This document shows positions 1 through 9,439 of a DNA stretch of 64,000 nt, piece by piece; positions within the stretch are counted from its first letter, which is position 1, and each line of letters begins with the position of its first letter. A model generated the notes under the pieces. That model saw only the letters and a program-made list of their open reading frames with translations. It was not told the DNA's origin and did not search any database. The position numbers and the translations under genes are program-made. The DNA is from a virus. The stretch spans positions 64,001-128,000 of the IMG/VR virus record IMGVR_UViG_3300025018_000098; one strand, given 5' to 3'.

Positions 1-626
1 GTCCACCGTACTTCGATGGCGAACACGCCAGTCTTAGCTACAGCGTTGAAAGTGTCGTAGGCAATCACTTGACCGCCGACCCCAGGATACGCTCCTGCGG
101 TGCCGTTGGGCAACGACGGGTCTGCAGCACCCTTGAACAGTGCGATCTCTGAGATCGGAACACTGGGGAAGCTGCCTCCACTCAGATCTGTCTGAGAGAA
201 GATGGCGGAGAAGCGGGTCGAGGTAGCCGTTGGAAAGGTGCCCGGAGTGGTGATCTCTTTCATCCACACATCAGGACCTTCCGTCACCGGAATCGGCCGC
301 TCGAGGGCGGATACAGCAACATCTACGTCGGTCTGTAGATTGGTACCTGGGTAGGCCAGGCTTAGAGCGCTGCTCCCATCCAAGGCGTCGGCATCGTTCT
401 GCCGAGTGCCCCCGATGCCAAAACCAATGTACCGAACGATGTCGTCCTGGTGGCGGGTGAAGTTGGCCCCAGCGAAAGCCTGCGCCGAAATGCACTCCGC
501 CATGAACTGTCGTCCAGCGTTGGTGATGATGTTGTGGCTGCTTCGTGTATCGAGAACCCTGCCCTCCTTGTCCAGGAAGAGCAGGTCAAGATTGAGCCGA
601 ATATTTACGTCTTCGAGAAGCCTCAT
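1..626 (-). CDS. Virion tail/baseplate-associated protein, truncated by the window edge (not in the ORF track)
   Basis: Manual translation from ATG 626, which overlaps the upstream stop (ATGA): MRLLEDVNIRLNLDLLFLDKEGRVLDTRSSHNIITNAGRQFMAE...YIGFGIGG...ISEIALF...IAYDTF. The frame is open to position 1. The HNIITNAGR / EIALF pattern is typical of tail-collar and baseplate proteins. Confidence 0.75.
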   Translation of the reverse strand, partial: MRLLEDVNIRLNLDLLFLDKEGRVLDTRSSHNIITNAGRQFMAECISAQAFAGANFTRHQDDIVRYIGFGIGGTRQNDADALDGSSALSLAYPGTNLQTDVDVAVSALERPIPVTEGPDVWMKEITTPGTFPTATSTRFSAIFSQTDLSGGSFPSVPISEIALFKGAADPSLPNGTAGAYPGVGGQVIAYDTFNAVAKTGVFAIEVRW

Positions 627-3600
627 GGCAGCACATCGTTCCCTTGGTCTATTACCTTGACGGTAGCATAGGTGCCTACTGGAAGGTTGTCGTCGTAGTT
701 CAGGAAAATCTCCGGCCCTGTGATCACGTAGGTACCGCCTACGAGGGACACAGGTACGAGAGCTTCATCATAGAAGAAGATTGTGTTGTCGTACTCGATG
801 GGACCACCAGGCCAATCAAACACGATGTACATCTCGATGTAATCCGAGATGCAGTCGACGATGCCATCGTAGAAGGTCGCCCCGTCGTCGTAGGTGGACC
901 AGATCGTCCCATCCCCGCGGTAATCGTCGTACATGTACGCCCGGCCGCTGGGGCAGCTGCTGTCGTACAGGAACATCGTGAGCGTCATGGAGAGCTCATC
1001 GATGATGTCCACGTCGTCTTCATGTGCGCGGGCACCCAGCAAGAACGGATACGTGTACGTAGGCCTCATCCGAAGCACAAACTGTTGAGCCAGGATGAGG
1101 TTGACTGTGCTCACGAGATCTAGGTTGAACGACAGCGTGAACGTGAAGAACTTCTCGAGCTCTGTGATGATCCCTGAACGTACGAAGGGGATATACCAGT
1201 CTGGGTCATTGATGTAGTCCTGGATCTCAACACCTGTCCCGATCGGAGCAAACTGCTCGATGTCATCCCCTACTGCGTATGGGACTCCTGTGGCAGGATT
1301 GACTTCGATCCCCGAGGTGGTGTCGAGATCCAGAGGGTCCTTCGTGTAGATGTACGTACGGAAGATCTCCGACTGCGTCGGGGTGTTTCCGTCGGCATCC
1401 TGGATGACCAACCGCCCCTTCGTAGGGCTGTAGTCCGCGCGCACTTCGGTAATAGTCCCTGCGTGCTCTGCGAAGGGCTGCCCGAATAGGATCTGAGCTC
1501 CCGTCTTGATCGCCTGTGGGGTCGGGCCCAGCTGCTGTGTGTACAGCAAGCCTGCCACCGCGGAGGGGTAGGAGAAGTCGTCACCAAAGGTTGTCGCATT
1601 CTCCCGCAGGAAGCCTACGAGGCGTCCGAATAGGTTCTGAATGTTCTCGTCGTTGCTGAGCAGCGTCAGCTCCGCCCACAAGATGTCTGGAGGCTCGAGG
1701 TCGGGCTCGATCCACACAGAGTCCCGCCACTGAAGCATGGGCAGCGCAGACTCATCATCCTCACGGTAGAAAGGCTCCAGATAGTAGTCGATGTTCTCCT
1801 TCCACAACGTGGGGTCGAGGTTCGCTGGGATAACCTCCTGCAGCTGCGGCACGCTCTTGACGTCTGCAGGGAGCGAGATGGCCTTTCGGCGCTTGACCCC
1901 CAGGAAGAATAGCTCGTACTCATCCCAATCAAGATAGATCAAGAAGTCCCCGAGGTTGGCTGCTAGCTGCATCCCGCGCTGTGCGACGAGGTCACCCCGT
2001 ACGTCGATGAACGCGCCACTCGAGACCGACTGGACCTCCCCCTTCACAAGGTCTCCTGGGTAGGTTCCCTCGCGCTCGTAGTCCGTAGTGTCCGACAGAA
2101 CTACAGACGGGATGGACCACTCAACCGAGGCATCCGAGGGTAGGCTATCGAACAGCAGAAGCCGCTGGTTCGGGGCAGGGTCTAAAGGGCTGCTCAGGAC
2201 GCGGTCGATTCGGAAGGTCTGTCCGTTATTCAGAACTAGAAGATCTTCCCGCTGTACGCCATGCTCGATCAGGTCGATGCCGACGTCCACACGATACGTG
2301 CGGTCGGTCACCAGGGCTCCGTTGCTGCCTGCGAGATAGTTCCACCCAGCGGCGAGATTCAGACCGGTGGCCGTGCTGGAGGAGTGCACCCGGAAGGGCA
2401 CCGTCGAAGAGCGGAGCCATAGTCGGACGTCCGTAGCCGTGACCACCTTGTCGTAGTAGATGCCGTAGCTGTTGAGTGCTCCGTTCAACTGGGTGTCCAG
2501 AAGAGTTACATCTAGGCCGGACACCGTGACGAGGATCAACCCCGTAGGGCTCGTGGCATCTACGAGCTCGAGCACAAGATCCTCCCCGTTGATCCCAGTG
2601 CCCGTGACTAGGTCAGGCGTGCTTCCGTACAGGAGACCCTTGCGGACAGAGATGGACGCAGTCCCTTCCTCGGGAACCAGGGTCTTGTAGGCCAACCACT
2701 TACGCTGAAGGATGGGCTGTGCATCGCCGATGGAGAAGTTGTAGTGGTACTGCCACGCCTCGAGCAGCTTGCCTCCAAGGATCTGAGCAGTCCCCTTCCA
2801 GAACTCCGAGAACATGCCTCGGTCCTCGACGAGCTCCCAGTCATCCCCCAACCCTTCCCAGAGGAAGTCCGTGTCCGGTTCGATCCCAAACGGTGTTCGA
2901 GCCCCCACTACGTTCACGAGTACTTCAGCTGTCTCCGACAGGCTCTCCCCGTCCCCGACAACCAGAGTGAACCGATATATACCCTGTACGTCTGGCACCA
3001 CGTGGGGAGTCTCTGAAGTGGCCCCCACAAGCAGTGACTGCCGAATGATCCGAAAGGGCTGGTCCGACAGCGTGTCTGGAACGGCATCTACCTCAACTGT
3101 GAGGGTGCCTCCAGGGTTGTCTACCGTTGCGATGTTGTGGCGCCCCCCGAGCACAACGAGCACATCTCCCGGCTGCACCCAGTCAGGAAGCGTTGTGGCT
3201 GGGAAGGATACGAGGGTGGTCGTCCCATCAGCACCGTCGGGTACTGTGGAACATGAAGGACCCTCGAAGACGAAGTCACTGCCGAAGGGCGCGTCCACCG
3301 CCCGCCATGTGTACGTTAGCGGCGCCCCCTCGATGTCAAAACTCGTCCGGCCATCGAGTCGTGCAGCCCGCCCCACCGGAACCACTCGGTCGGGGCCAGC
3401 ATTGGCCGTGGGCGGAAAGTTCGGGATGATCAATCCCGATGCAAGGCGCATGATTCGGTAGTCGAGTGTTACCGGCTCCGAGATGGTCCCCCTGCAAAAG
3501 ACTTTGAACAGATCACCAACCGAGGTCGGGGTGCGTTCAATGGGGATGATGAAGCTGATGCCTGGGAACGCTCCACGAGCATCACCGATAAAGACGTAGG

Positions 3601-4072
3601 CACGCCCCAGCCCCCCGTCCACCGCTACGCGGACGTAGTGGAAGAAGTTGTCGATCTCCCTGACGTTCTCCGAGGTGCCGGGGAGGGTAGTCACGGACCC
3701 AAAGTCATCGATGCGGCTGATAGCCATGCCCGTCTTGGCGAAGTAGATGGACACCCCTCGGCTGGCGTCATCCGCTAGCGTGATCCCCGCCGCATGCGTG
3801 GCTAGGTCCCCCACGTCATTGGGCAGCTTGGGGAAACGCACCTGCAGGTCGATGGTGTACCTGCTCGGCATGGGAACGTTGAACTCGGCGCTCACAGCGG
3901 TACCGTCGCTCGAGCGCATCCGCAGGAAGTTGCCTACGGGGACGTACTCAAAGTTTGGTACCCCATTGTTCGGGGAGAAGGTAACGTCTGACGGACCAAG
4001 GCCCAAGAAACTCCCAAGCGTCGCTTCGTCGAAGTTGGCTAGAGACCATGGAGGGTTTGTGGGGATTGCCAT
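623..4072 (-). CDS. Large baseplate/structural protein with a PKD-like Ig domain (1149 aa)
   Basis: PTANAGPD...LDGRTSFDIEGAPLTYTW...GIYRFTLVVGDG is a PKD/Ig signature. The gene lies downstream of the baseplate-J-like gene. Confidence 0.7.
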   Translation of the reverse strand: MAIPTNPPWSLANFDEATLGSFLGLGPSDVTFSPNNGVPNFEYVPVGNFLRMRSSDGTAVSAEFNVPMPSRYTIDLQVRFPKLPNDVGDLATHAAGITLADDASRGVSIYFAKTGMAISRIDDFGSVTTLPGTSENVREIDNFFHYVRVAVDGGLGRAYVFIGDARGAFPGISFIIPIERTPTSVGDLFKVFCRGTISEPVTLDYRIMRLASGLIIPNFPPTANAGPDRVVPVGRAARLDGRTSFDIEGAPLTYTWRAVDAPFGSDFVFEGPSCSTVPDGADGTTTLVSFPATTLPDWVQPGDVLVVLGGRHNIATVDNPGGTLTVEVDAVPDTLSDQPFRIIRQSLLVGATSETPHVVPDVQGIYRFTLVVGDGESLSETAEVLVNVVGARTPFGIEPDTDFLWEGLGDDWELVEDRGMFSEFWKGTAQILGGKLLEAWQYHYNFSIGDAQPILQRKWLAYKTLVPEEGTASISVRKGLLYGSTPDLVTGTGINGEDLVLELVDATSPTGLILVTVSGLDVTLLDTQLNGALNSYGIYYDKVVTATDVRLWLRSSTVPFRVHSSSTATGLNLAAGWNYLAGSNGALVTDRTYRVDVGIDLIEHGVQREDLLVLNNGQTFRIDRVLSSPLDPAPNQRLLLFDSLPSDASVEWSIPSVVLSDTTDYEREGTYPGDLVKGEVQSVSSGAFIDVRGDLVAQRGMQLAANLGDFLIYLDWDEYELFFLGVKRRKAISLPADVKSVPQLQEVIPANLDPTLWKENIDYYLEPFYREDDESALPMLQWRDSVWIEPDLEPPDILWAELTLLSNDENIQNLFGRLVGFLRENATTFGDDFSYPSAVAGLLYTQQLGPTPQAIKTGAQILFGQPFAEHAGTITEVRADYSPTKGRLVIQDADGNTPTQSEIFRTYIYTKDPLDLDTTSGIEVNPATGVPYAVGDDIEQFAPIGTGVEIQDYINDPDWYIPFVRSGIITELEKFFTFTLSFNLDLVSTVNLILAQQFVLRMRPTYTYPFLLGARAHEDDVDIIDELSMTLTMFLYDSSCPSGRAYMYDDYRGDGTIWSTYDDGATFYDGIVDCISDYIEMYIVFDWPGGPIEYDNTIFFYDEALVPVSLVGGTYVITGPEIFLNYDDNLPVGTYATVKVIDQGNDVLP

Positions 4073-4091
4073 TTTCGGAAGGATACAGCCG

Positions 4092-4403
4092 ATGTCACTG
4101 CGAACGCTAGACCCAGTTCTTATTCAGCTCTTGTTGAAGGGTGAGGAGGACATACTTACGCCGCGGGCAGAGTCTCGTCGGTTTTGGAGCACCAGCGCGC
4201 CGTGCCCTCGGTGCGGTAGCGGCATGCAGGAGAAGTTAGCGCCTCCGACACAGGCGTTCACGCCGGATGAACCCCTCCCGCGAACACGAGCCACGTGTGA
4301 AGGATGTGGGTACTCCGTCGATCCACTGACTGGCATCGTGCACAATGTAGGCAACCCAGCCAAGGTTGAGTCGCCCGTACCGGTTGTCCGTCCCAAGGAC
4401 TAG
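4092..4403 (+). CDS. Small zinc-ribbon protein (103 aa), on the opposite strand to the baseplate operon
   Basis: ATG 4092 preceded by a GGAAGGA SD. CPRC and CEGC pairs. It exactly fills the gap between two minus-strand genes. Confidence 0.65.
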   Translation: MSLRTLDPVLIQLLLKGEEDILTPRAESRRFWSTSAPCPRCGSGMQEKLAPPTQAFTPDEPLPRTRATCEGCGYSVDPLTGIVHNVGNPAKVESPVPVVRPKD

Positions 4404-7400
4404 CTGCTCCTCAAGCCGGTCGTCGTGACCCGGTTCAGAAGCACGGTGCCGCTGATGAAGCGCTGGACCCGACTTCCGGTGTTTACGAAGTCCCGCACCA
4501 CGGTGGCGCGAACCCGCCTGTCGATCTCGTGATAGACGACGACGAAGACGGGCGATGTTCTCCCGACGGTGCTGGAATCCACGGCATATACAGATGTCGC
4601 ACCACTCTTTCGAAGCACGTCAATGAGGTCCCCCACCTCGAGTTCGAAGTCGGGGTCTACCGCGTCCAACGCCTTTGCGATGGCCCTTACGGACTCAGCC
4701 TCCGCAGGCCCCCCAACGTACACCCAGTTCAGGTTCACGTAGTTGGGCAATAGGTGCCGCACCAAGATCTCTTCGTTGACCACTCGGTTGAGGGTGGAGT
4801 CCGCGAAGCTCTGGATTTCGTCCACCAGCAGGGACCTATCATAGACGACACGTACGTTCTGTCGGCTCATCTGCACAGACTCGGTCGGGCTATCTGAGGA
4901 TCCTACGAGCAGGATGGTGCGGCTGATCTCTGCGTGGAGCACCTCGGCCCGGCTGTAGCTGGTCACCTCGTTGCCTGTGGACAGGCGGTAGCCATCTGAC
5001 TCGTGACCCTGGATGGTCATGGCGATCCCAGACCCGATGTTGTACTGGTCCCCGGGGGCCATGGATAGGAGCTCCACATCGATGTAGTAGAGACTCGTCT
5101 CGTCCGTGTTGTCGTTCATCTCGGTAGATGAGACGCGCTGCACATACCGTCGAATGGAGTACTGAGCATCCGCCTGTGTGGCGCTTGCCGTGTAGTTGAA
5201 CAGCTCCAGGATGGTGGTGTTAGTCACCTCCTGGATGACGTACACCTCGGCGTCTGGGTGCTGGTTCGTGCCTGCGCTCAATCCGAGTGCCGCGAGGCCC
5301 GTGCTCGTATCCAAGACGGTGAGCTCGTCGTCGACCACAAGGGTGAGCTCGTCTGACACCGAGATCGTAGCGATCTCCTGTCCGACTTGAGCATTGATGT
5401 AGTCCCTCAAGTCGGAGAACGCTGTGTAGTCCGTAGGGAAGTTGATCGTGATCGTTGGGTTGTCTCGTCCGATCCGAAGAACCAGGCTCAAACCGCTAAC
5501 AAGCACAGGTGATGTGAGGGCCGCGGAGACGACAGGGATGAACTTCAGCTCCAACAAGTCCCCGGCCTGAATACCCAAGGCAAAGAAGTCCGCGTCGGCA
5601 TCCACGAAGGTGCCTGTGGCGATCGTGCTGCTTCCGGTACGGGGCAGCACTGTGGATGGCGGGGCGGGCACTAGGGTGCGCTGCAGGTCCGGGTCCGGGC
5701 GGTATACCAATGTCGCCCCATCGACCAGCGTCTCAAATCGAGTGGTGGCGTAGAGGAAGTTGGCGCTCGTGGGATCCAGGAAGTACACCCGAGCAGACCC
5801 AATCGAAGGGCGTCCTATGCGGATACGCGCCCCCACCTCGGGCAGCAGTGGGGTCATCTCGTAGGGCAGGAACGTGTTGGGGGGTCCGAAGGGTCCCGCA
5901 CCCACCTTGACCACATCATCAATGTCCTGTGCTGTACTTCCCCACGGGACACCCGCCAGGTCTGACGCAACAAGGACTCGATCCGACCCTGTGTTGTTCC
6001 CGGACACGAACTCGATCAAGTCGCCTAGTCGAACCCGCAGACTCGCAGCTCCTGCAGGAGGCAGCACACGGACATCCGCGTTGGAGCTCGGGCGCAGAGG
6101 GCTAGAGCTCCAACCCAGGGGAGTCCCGTCTGTAGCGCTTGCCAATAGCACGTAGGCTGAGGTGACCCCGACGTAGTCTTGGCCGTTGTACGTCAGAACG
6201 ACCGCTCGAGCGTAGTCCGTGAAGGGGTTCCCCCCTACGGTGGACCCGTTGATTTCGGACGCAATCTGGGCCGCGGTACGCGCACCAGAAGTCAGCGGGA
6301 CAGATGCAGTGCCTAGTGACGCCAAGTACCTCGCCGCGGGGTTGCGGAAGACCAAGGACAGCGTGTTGCCCACGCCAATGGTGTACCCGGCAGTGGTTGT
6401 TGGAACACCAGAGGACACAAGCCCGATGACTGCGCCTCCGTCGTACAAGAAGCCAGAGCTCTCGTTTTGGAAGGACTTGGTGATGGCCACGACTGGGTCC
6501 CGGTAGGGGATCTTGGTACCTACGGGAGCTCCGGTGGTGTCCAGCAGCTCCATCGCCGTGACGCGTACCACCGGGGTAGCCACAGATTCACTTGCCCGGA
6601 ATAGCTGAAACACAATACCGCTGCCCGTTCGCGGGAGCTCAGGGTTCACCGTCAACGTCACGGCTGCGACCGAGATGACCGTGTAGTCCCCCCCTGCAGC
6701 GTCGTCCTGGACACGAAGAACATCGCCCGACTGCACATTGGCATCGATGAAGTTGGTGCTGCCCAGTGTAGTCACGATGGTGCTGCCTGCCGCAATGACG
6801 AGGTCAGCCCCTTCGGTCTTGATCTCCTTGGGCTCCGTCAGCTCGGTGTCGATCTCATCGACCACACGCCAACTCAAGTTCGACTGAGTCCCGCTCATGT
6901 CGGCTTCAATCAGCAGGGCCCCAGCACTCACCAAGTAGATGCGGTATGACCCGGCGTCTACACCCTCCTCCAGGATGACGGACATGCCCGCACGAACACC
7001 GAGGGCGACGAGGTCCCCGCCAGGCACGTCATTGACCGTGAGGACGTTTGAGCTCGCCACCGTCTCAACGTCGAACCCCCGGGCTAGCGGACTCTCATCA
7101 GTCAGCGACGTGATCTGTGCTGACTCCTCTTGGAAGCCTCCGGCCACGTAGACGTCCGTTTTGCCGCCGATGTGGACAGTGTCGTCCTCGAGCACTAGCT
7201 GCCCGTCTACCGTGTCCGGAAGGGTGATACCCCCAGGGATATCCGATACGGTGAGCCTCTTCCGACGCAAGGCCCAAGACACCCCGGAGAGGCCGATGGG
7301 AAGGTCATCCTCAATAAGAACCTGTGTCGCTGAGAGTACGGACACGATTCGAAAGTCTCGGTAGACGAACGTACCATCCACGAAGGACATCGACAGGTAG

Positions 7401-8416
7401 AAGGGCCCTGGGTCAGAACCTACAGAGGCCACTCGAGTGGTAAACATCCCTGTCGCGGATTCTACGACTCTCGTTCGAAGATCCCCATCTAGGTCATCAG
7501 GGAAGGTTGCATCATTCCCATAGGCACTGCCGAGATCGTCGTCGTCCAAGATGGTGCCCATGCCCCCGCCGCGGATAATGTCTCGACGCATCTCGGGATC
7601 TCGGAACCCGATGACCTGCAGCTTACGCAGTGAGGGAAAGTTGTCCCCCAGCTCGGAGGTGATACCTCGAGCTACCGTGAGGGTCTTGTCCCCCTGCTTG
7701 CGCTCCGTACGGCTGACAAACTCCAGCGAACCCTCTCGGGTAGTGCCATCGGCGAATCGCCGCAGGTTGGTCACTCGAGAGGACGTCGCGAAGTTGGAGA
7801 TGGATACGACCTGCCCCGAGTCGATGTTGTACTCGCTGCCACGCTTCTCGGCCGTGTAGTTGATATCGAAGTAGTACTCCGTACCCTCAATGTTGAGCAT
7901 CATCTGCTCAGCCGTGATCTGTTGAGGGAACGTGGGGAAATAGCGAAGGCCTCCTCGGGTTGTTGCCGGGTTCGCGATCGTCGCCAGCACGGAGCGAGGA
8001 GATGTGAAGTAGGCTCGAACCACCCCTCGAGCGAACCCGCCACCCTGGCGGGTCTCAAAGAAGTTCGTCATCAAGGCGTCGATCTCACCATCAGAAAGAG
8101 CATCGGCGTTCTTCAGACTGCTGCGCAACTTGATGAGCTTCACCTCACGGGCGACGGGCTCGATGAGTACCGTCATGGGCATGATGAGCGTATCGTAGAG
8201 AGCGTCCACCTCTGTGATGCCCAAGTGTGGGTACGCCTGCTGGATGCGGGTACGTACAAAGACGTCGATGTCCTCGTCGAAGGGATCCACTCCAATCCGG
8301 TCAAGGATGGGCTGGATCAAACGAGTCTGGGCATTACTCCCATCTGAGAGATCCACGTCCGGGTTCCAACGCGACACAAGATCCGTCAGGAAGGTTTTGA
8401 GGTCAGAGGCCGCCAT
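4400..8416 (-). CDS. Baseplate wedge protein, gpJ/gp6-like (1338 aa)
   Basis: The N-terminal region (DALMTNFFETRQGG..ARGVVR..F; TAEKRGSEYNI..GQV; VTNLRRFADG..RE) matches baseplate-J architecture. Confidence 0.75.
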   Translation of the reverse strand: MAASDLKTFLTDLVSRWNPDVDLSDGSNAQTRLIQPILDRIGVDPFDEDIDVFVRTRIQQAYPHLGITEVDALYDTLIMPMTVLIEPVAREVKLIKLRSSLKNADALSDGEIDALMTNFFETRQGGGFARGVVRAYFTSPRSVLATIANPATTRGGLRYFPTFPQQITAEQMMLNIEGTEYYFDINYTAEKRGSEYNIDSGQVVSISNFATSSRVTNLRRFADGTTREGSLEFVSRTERKQGDKTLTVARGITSELGDNFPSLRKLQVIGFRDPEMRRDIIRGGGMGTILDDDDLGSAYGNDATFPDDLDGDLRTRVVESATGMFTTRVASVGSDPGPFYLSMSFVDGTFVYRDFRIVSVLSATQVLIEDDLPIGLSGVSWALRRKRLTVSDIPGGITLPDTVDGQLVLEDDTVHIGGKTDVYVAGGFQEESAQITSLTDESPLARGFDVETVASSNVLTVNDVPGGDLVALGVRAGMSVILEEGVDAGSYRIYLVSAGALLIEADMSGTQSNLSWRVVDEIDTELTEPKEIKTEGADLVIAAGSTIVTTLGSTNFIDANVQSGDVLRVQDDAAGGDYTVISVAAVTLTVNPELPRTGSGIVFQLFRASESVATPVVRVTAMELLDTTGAPVGTKIPYRDPVVAITKSFQNESSGFLYDGGAVIGLVSSGVPTTTAGYTIGVGNTLSLVFRNPAARYLASLGTASVPLTSGARTAAQIASEINGSTVGGNPFTDYARAVVLTYNGQDYVGVTSAYVLLASATDGTPLGWSSSPLRPSSNADVRVLPPAGAASLRVRLGDLIEFVSGNNTGSDRVLVASDLAGVPWGSTAQDIDDVVKVGAGPFGPPNTFLPYEMTPLLPEVGARIRIGRPSIGSARVYFLDPTSANFLYATTRFETLVDGATLVYRPDPDLQRTLVPAPPSTVLPRTGSSTIATGTFVDADADFFALGIQAGDLLELKFIPVVSAALTSPVLVSGLSLVLRIGRDNPTITINFPTDYTAFSDLRDYINAQVGQEIATISVSDELTLVVDDELTVLDTSTGLAALGLSAGTNQHPDAEVYVIQEVTNTTILELFNYTASATQADAQYSIRRYVQRVSSTEMNDNTDETSLYYIDVELLSMAPGDQYNIGSGIAMTIQGHESDGYRLSTGNEVTSYSRAEVLHAEISRTILLVGSSDSPTESVQMSRQNVRVVYDRSLLVDEIQSFADSTLNRVVNEEILVRHLLPNYVNLNWVYVGGPAEAESVRAIAKALDAVDPDFELEVGDLIDVLRKSGATSVYAVDSSTVGRTSPVFVVVYHEIDRRVRATVVRDFVNTGSRVQRFISGTVLLNRVTTTGLRSS

Positions 8417-8419
8417 GGT

Positions 8420-9079
8420 TCATCCTGTGAGGGTAGCGATAGCGCGCCTACCGGCGTGCGTAGTGAGAGAGACGGAGAGGTAGATGGCCCCGTTCTGTGG
8501 GTCCATGTTCAAGTTCACCACCTCAGCGTTGAGGAGACGCTCGTCTGGTGGGATCGAACGGCCATAGCCGGACTGTACTCCGATGATGTACTGCCGTGTT
8601 CGACTAACCGCCACCGCGGCGTCAGAAGCCACTAGATCCCGCCCGCTGGTAGTGAGCGTCGACCCCACGAGGCGAAGCATGCCTCCGCCGCTGTTTGGCA
8701 CGAACACATTGCGTCCCCCGGTACGCAACAGCATGCGCAGGAAGTTCTGCATCAGCTTGACGATGCCTGTAGTCGAACGAGGGGACCCACCTACCGTAAA
8801 GGAGACCAGACTTCTCTCGGTGAGTGTGAGCTGGTTCGAGAGCACAAAGACGTCAGTGATGGGGGATAGGCTCAGCACGCTCGGCACCTGCGCCAAGATC
8901 TTGTTGGGGGCGTAGTGGACGAACTCTGGGGATTCGAGACCGTTGAAGATAACCTTCTCGACGGAGGTAAAATCCTCCCCGGTCAGAATGAGAGCTCGAG
9001 GTACCACCCCCACGGCTTCTTCGATGTAGCTGACATTGACCACATCCGACATGCGGATGACCTGGAAGTCCTGTGACAT
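8420..9079 (-). CDS. Baseplate protein with an IPT-like N-terminus and a gp25/GPW-like C-terminus
   Basis: TGIVKLMQNFLRMLLRTGG...PNSGGGM...ERLLNAEV pattern, immediately upstream of the J-like gene. Confidence 0.6.
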   Translation of the reverse strand: MSQDFQVIRMSDVVNVSYIEEAVGVVPRALILTGEDFTSVEKVIFNGLESPEFVHYAPNKILAQVPSVLSLSPITDVFVLSNQLTLTERSLVSFTVGGSPRSTTGIVKLMQNFLRMLLRTGGRNVFVPNSGGGMLRLVGSTLTTSGRDLVASDAAVAVSRTRQYIIGVQSGYGRSIPPDERLLNAEVVNLNMDPQNGAIYLSVSLTTHAGRRAIATLTG

Positions 9080-9420
9080 CAGGTGCCTCCCCCTGAGGGC
9101 GTGTTCACATCCTCAGCAGTGTCTGCCGTACGGAAGAGATCTGGAGACGTCTCCTTGATCCCATCGATGACCGAGTCTAAGTCCAACTTGATCTTCTCCA
9201 CCCGCGCCAACTTACTGAGCCGGGTGCCTCCTTGGGTCTCCCCCTCGATCAACTCAATCTGCTGGTCGATGAGCTCCTCGAGGGTGATCGAAGCAAAGCT
9301 CGTACTGATCTCAGACGCACGCAGAGCGTTCACAGCCGCGGATACCACGGTTCGGTAGTGCCGTAGTTGCTCCTTCGACTGTTCTCGTGCAGTAGCCTGG
9401 GGGTTGGGTTGCTCTGGCAT
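9079..9420 (-). CDS. Hypothetical helical protein
   Basis: ATG 9420 lies 6 nt after a TAAGGT -10 box. Its stop is coupled to the next start. Confidence 0.6.
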   Translation of the reverse strand: MPEQPNPQATAREQSKEQLRHYRTVVSAAVNALRASEISTSFASITLEELIDQQIELIEGETQGGTRLSKLARVEKIKLDLDSVIDGIKETSPDLFRTADTAEDVNTPSGGGT

Positions 9421-9439
9421 CGGCAAACCTTACCACGCA

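Noticed and set aside
3747-4091. N-terminal extension of the plus-strand 218-aa ORF, and the many other long plus-strand ORFs over the structural genes
   Set aside because: These are antisense shadows of GC-rich minus-strand genes, with no SD or motif support.
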